DNA from: Leptogorgia sarmentosa
Lineage: Eukaryota
Direction: 5' to 3'
Assembly: GCA_964658305.1 (NCBI GenBank)
Contig: OZ210885.1
Span: 20,956,001 to 21,020,000, forward strand
DNA: 64,000 nt
Below are positions 61,258 to 64,000 of this stretch, one piece after another. Under the pieces are notes generated by a model. It was not told where the DNA came from. It did no database searches and was given only the letters and a program-made list of their open reading frames with translations. Position numbers and translations under genes: made by a program. Positions within the stretch are counted from its first letter, which is position 1; every line of letters starts with the position of its first letter.

Positions 61258-64000
61258 TCGCTTTATTTTTTCAAGACCATCATTGAATGCATACTTCCTT
61301 CGGACGTTTATAAGATTCTTAGGGGCATCGACATTTGAAGGCATGCCAATCATTTCTTTCTTTGTGTGCTCTTGTAAAATTGATTTTAACGAAACATCTT
61401 CATCGTCTCTGTCGAGATATATAGATGTACAGTGTGTCATCATGCTTTTTTATTAGTCACTACAACCGAGCACACAGTATATACTGTACAGCAAAAAATG
61501 CTAGTAATATTCAAAAATATAAACACGCTATAAGTAGCTACAGTTAGTGAAATTTTGTACAAGAGACGATGTCCACTTCTAACACTTTAATGTACTGTAG
61601 CTACAGTATGTCGATATACTCACAATAGGCTGTTGCTTATAGCAATCTGCAGATCAGCATTTTCTTCGTCGCTTGAAATGATAATTTCATCATCATCAAT
61701 AATATCAACGTAGGACCTATATACAGTAAATTAATAGCATGTAATATAAATAGTGGTAGCAGTGACCACTATCAAAATTAATCTATGCGCATTAATTGTG
61801 CGCAAGGTTTAGAAAATTATCAGTCGCTTATGGCATTTACAATTTGATTATACACGCTACGCATAATGCGTCAAAGACGCACCAAAATGAGGCTGGTAGG
61901 TCTCATAGGTCGGTTGCCTTCTACTTAATGAAGCTCCAGGAATATCACTCTGACAAAAATTCAGTTTATTCACTTGAAAAAGTACCTTATTCTCACCGGT
62001 CTCACCCGCTCCTTGTGTTGAGATTGGGCACCGACAGTCTGACTCGTTGATGTCCTAGTTAAATAAATAGGGAGGGGGGAGAGGGAAAACAACGAGACGA
62101 GACTGAAATGGAAGGAGTGAGTGAGATATAATAAATGTGATGTTCTTTCTTTACACGCAAATACGAACGTTACTTCAACAGACTGAGCTTACTGACTGTT
62201 CGAATCTCCTTATATAGGCACGGGAGTGACCGCTGAGAATAGAGCACAAAATTGCAAAAACAAATTTAGTGTTAAGCCACTTGCCTTAGTTGATGCGATT
62301 CGTTTCCAGGTTTCTAGCTCGAATGAGGCATTATGCATAGCGTGTAATATAGTCAATGAAAACGTACCTGTAATGATTAACTGTACTATGGCTTTCACTC
62401 GGGGTAGCAATTTCGGAATTGTCTGAGATTGAAGATGTAGGTTCATAATCGAATGGACTTCTTAAAAGTTCACTATCAGAATTTCCACTTTCCTAAAAAT
62501 GTAAATTTTGACAAGGAAACGTACAATGTATTATAGTTATATCTAAAAGATTATAACTGTGAAATACTTACATTGTCATTTTCCAGCCCATCATACTCTG
62601 ACGGATCTTCTTTTGATGCTATGTAAATTGCACCCTGTGAGCAGAGCGAGAGAACTTCTGGAGCATTCCACCTGAAGGATGACGATATACGTGGGGCACT
62701 AAGCTTCTTTGTCCCTGGCATGGTGCTGCAAACATGCAAATATTTATGTAACTGTTTGAAAGTTGAAAAAAACCCTTCATATTGCAAACAAATGATGAAA
62801 CACAAAAAAATAAATGTAAACGGCAAATTTAATTTTTACGACTTTCTGTTGTCCTAAAATCAGCAAAAATTTATAGAAATTTAAGATTAGACATATTTAA
62901 CCCTATTGGTAACTTCTTTATTATGTGAATTATATTTCAGTGAAATACGATGGACAGTAAAAAAGCAGTTTTAAACATGCGTGGTAACATGAACTTAAAA
63001 CAACTAAACTGTATCTTAAACAATTACCTAAGGTAAGTGTACTCAAAGGGTAAATCATCAGGGAGATTAAATGCAGGTATGAAGACACTCCTGATTTCAC
63101 TTTCAACTTCATCCGCACTCCATGTGGATTCTATGGAGATTTTCCCAATAAGTCCCATTTCTGCTAATTTGGCCCTACTCTCTCCTTTTGGTATGGGATA
63201 AGTATCCAAATTCTTTGCAATCTTAGGCGGAATACACACAATGTCTTTGGTATATTTCTTCCCTGGCTTTGCCTGGCATGACCTAGATCTTTTTCTTCTT
63301 GGGGTTGGTGCGACTTGAACACATTGACCAAAGGCTGATGGTAATGTCTGCTGTTGTCTTGTCTGCAATAACAAGGTTAACAGACCCCAAAAATTTAAAA
63401 TACAAAAATTGGTTCCATATTCATCTATATATAAATTGCAAATGGTAATGATAGCAATTGTGTGTGTGGGCTGCTAGGTAGAATACGTGGAAGGCAATAA
63501 TGTAATATGACTTAATTACCCTTGGGTTGTTACGTGGTGCTGTTCGGTCCACATTCTGCAAATTAAGTAGAAAGATGTTTACAAAATTGCATGTTGGCAA
63601 GCATTACTTTGTTTAACTAACTGCTGTGCACAAAGATTTTTAAAATTGTACTTGTATTGATAAGACTAATTGCTTACACTTTGATTGTTGATTGGTGTTT
63701 GGTTTTCTCTCTGAGTCACATTCTGCAGTTAAGTAGAAAGATTGTTGTTATAAAATTGTTATTTTGATCATTAATTGTTAGTACCAGTATTACAAAAAAG
63801 TGTTTGCAGGCATGCATTTACTTCATTACAGTAATTAGCTCATGTCTGATTACAAAATACCTTTATATGCATTATGATGTATTGTTGCAGTGCATAAAAG
63901 CTAATCAGAATGCTTAGCCAGTATTTGCTATATTCTCCCTTTTTGGTATTATTTAAAAATCTATAAATCTAATATTCTTACCCTTTGATTATTACGTGGT

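Larger units (their letters stand above)
53520..63370 (-). pseudogene. G2E3-like HECT E3 ubiquitin ligase gene, multi-exon, interrupted by a BEL element, C-lobe missing
   Basis: Exons: TKDIVCIP..IPKG..LAEMGLIGKI (63370-63030); GAIYIA (62730-62570); INVRRKYAFNDGLEKIKR (61443-61258) continuing VKF..LSVKFAD..EGAVDRGGPTREFLRL (55477-55270); YKLCGKLLAVSLCNGG (54499-54318); QFKEGL..HP..F..WRDYLADCE (53897-53520). Confidence 0.85.

Noticed and set aside
1..64000. Prokaryotic operon, defence island or contamination
   Set aside because: IS-like transposases carry GT-AG introns and sit among metazoan retroelements and eukaryotic rDNA.

Overview
Animal genomic DNA, about 38% GC with spliceosomal introns. 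The 18S V4 segment and the TE repertoire suggest a cnidarian, possibly an octocoral (inference). The window is almost entirely nested, decayed mobile DNA and I can support no intact host gene. Retroelements: three BEL/Pao elements (one with both LTRs, 55478-61257), two Ty3/Gypsy elements, a DIRS1-type element whose ITR/ICR ends bracket 8493-19883, and LINE and Penelope remnants. DNA elements: Crypton, Merlin, PIF/Harbinger, MULE, Tc1/mariner, a P-like MITE, a Sola1-like MITE, a Helitron fragment and two Zator-like transposases. A rearranged rDNA orphon (18S and ETS on -, 28S on +) carries a 5'-truncated R2 at the canonical 28S site. The most notable pattern is two IS3-like (IS3EU-type) transposase genes, each lying tail-to-tail with an intron-containing signalling enzyme gene: an alpha-kinase (3596-4803) and a G2E3-like HECT ligase (about 53520-63370). 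Also notable are a large Zator-like transposase head-to-head with a SAM-domain exon and a DUF3987/YfjI-like ATPase beside CCCTAA-rich DNA. All family calls come from motif recognition by eye; no searches were run.
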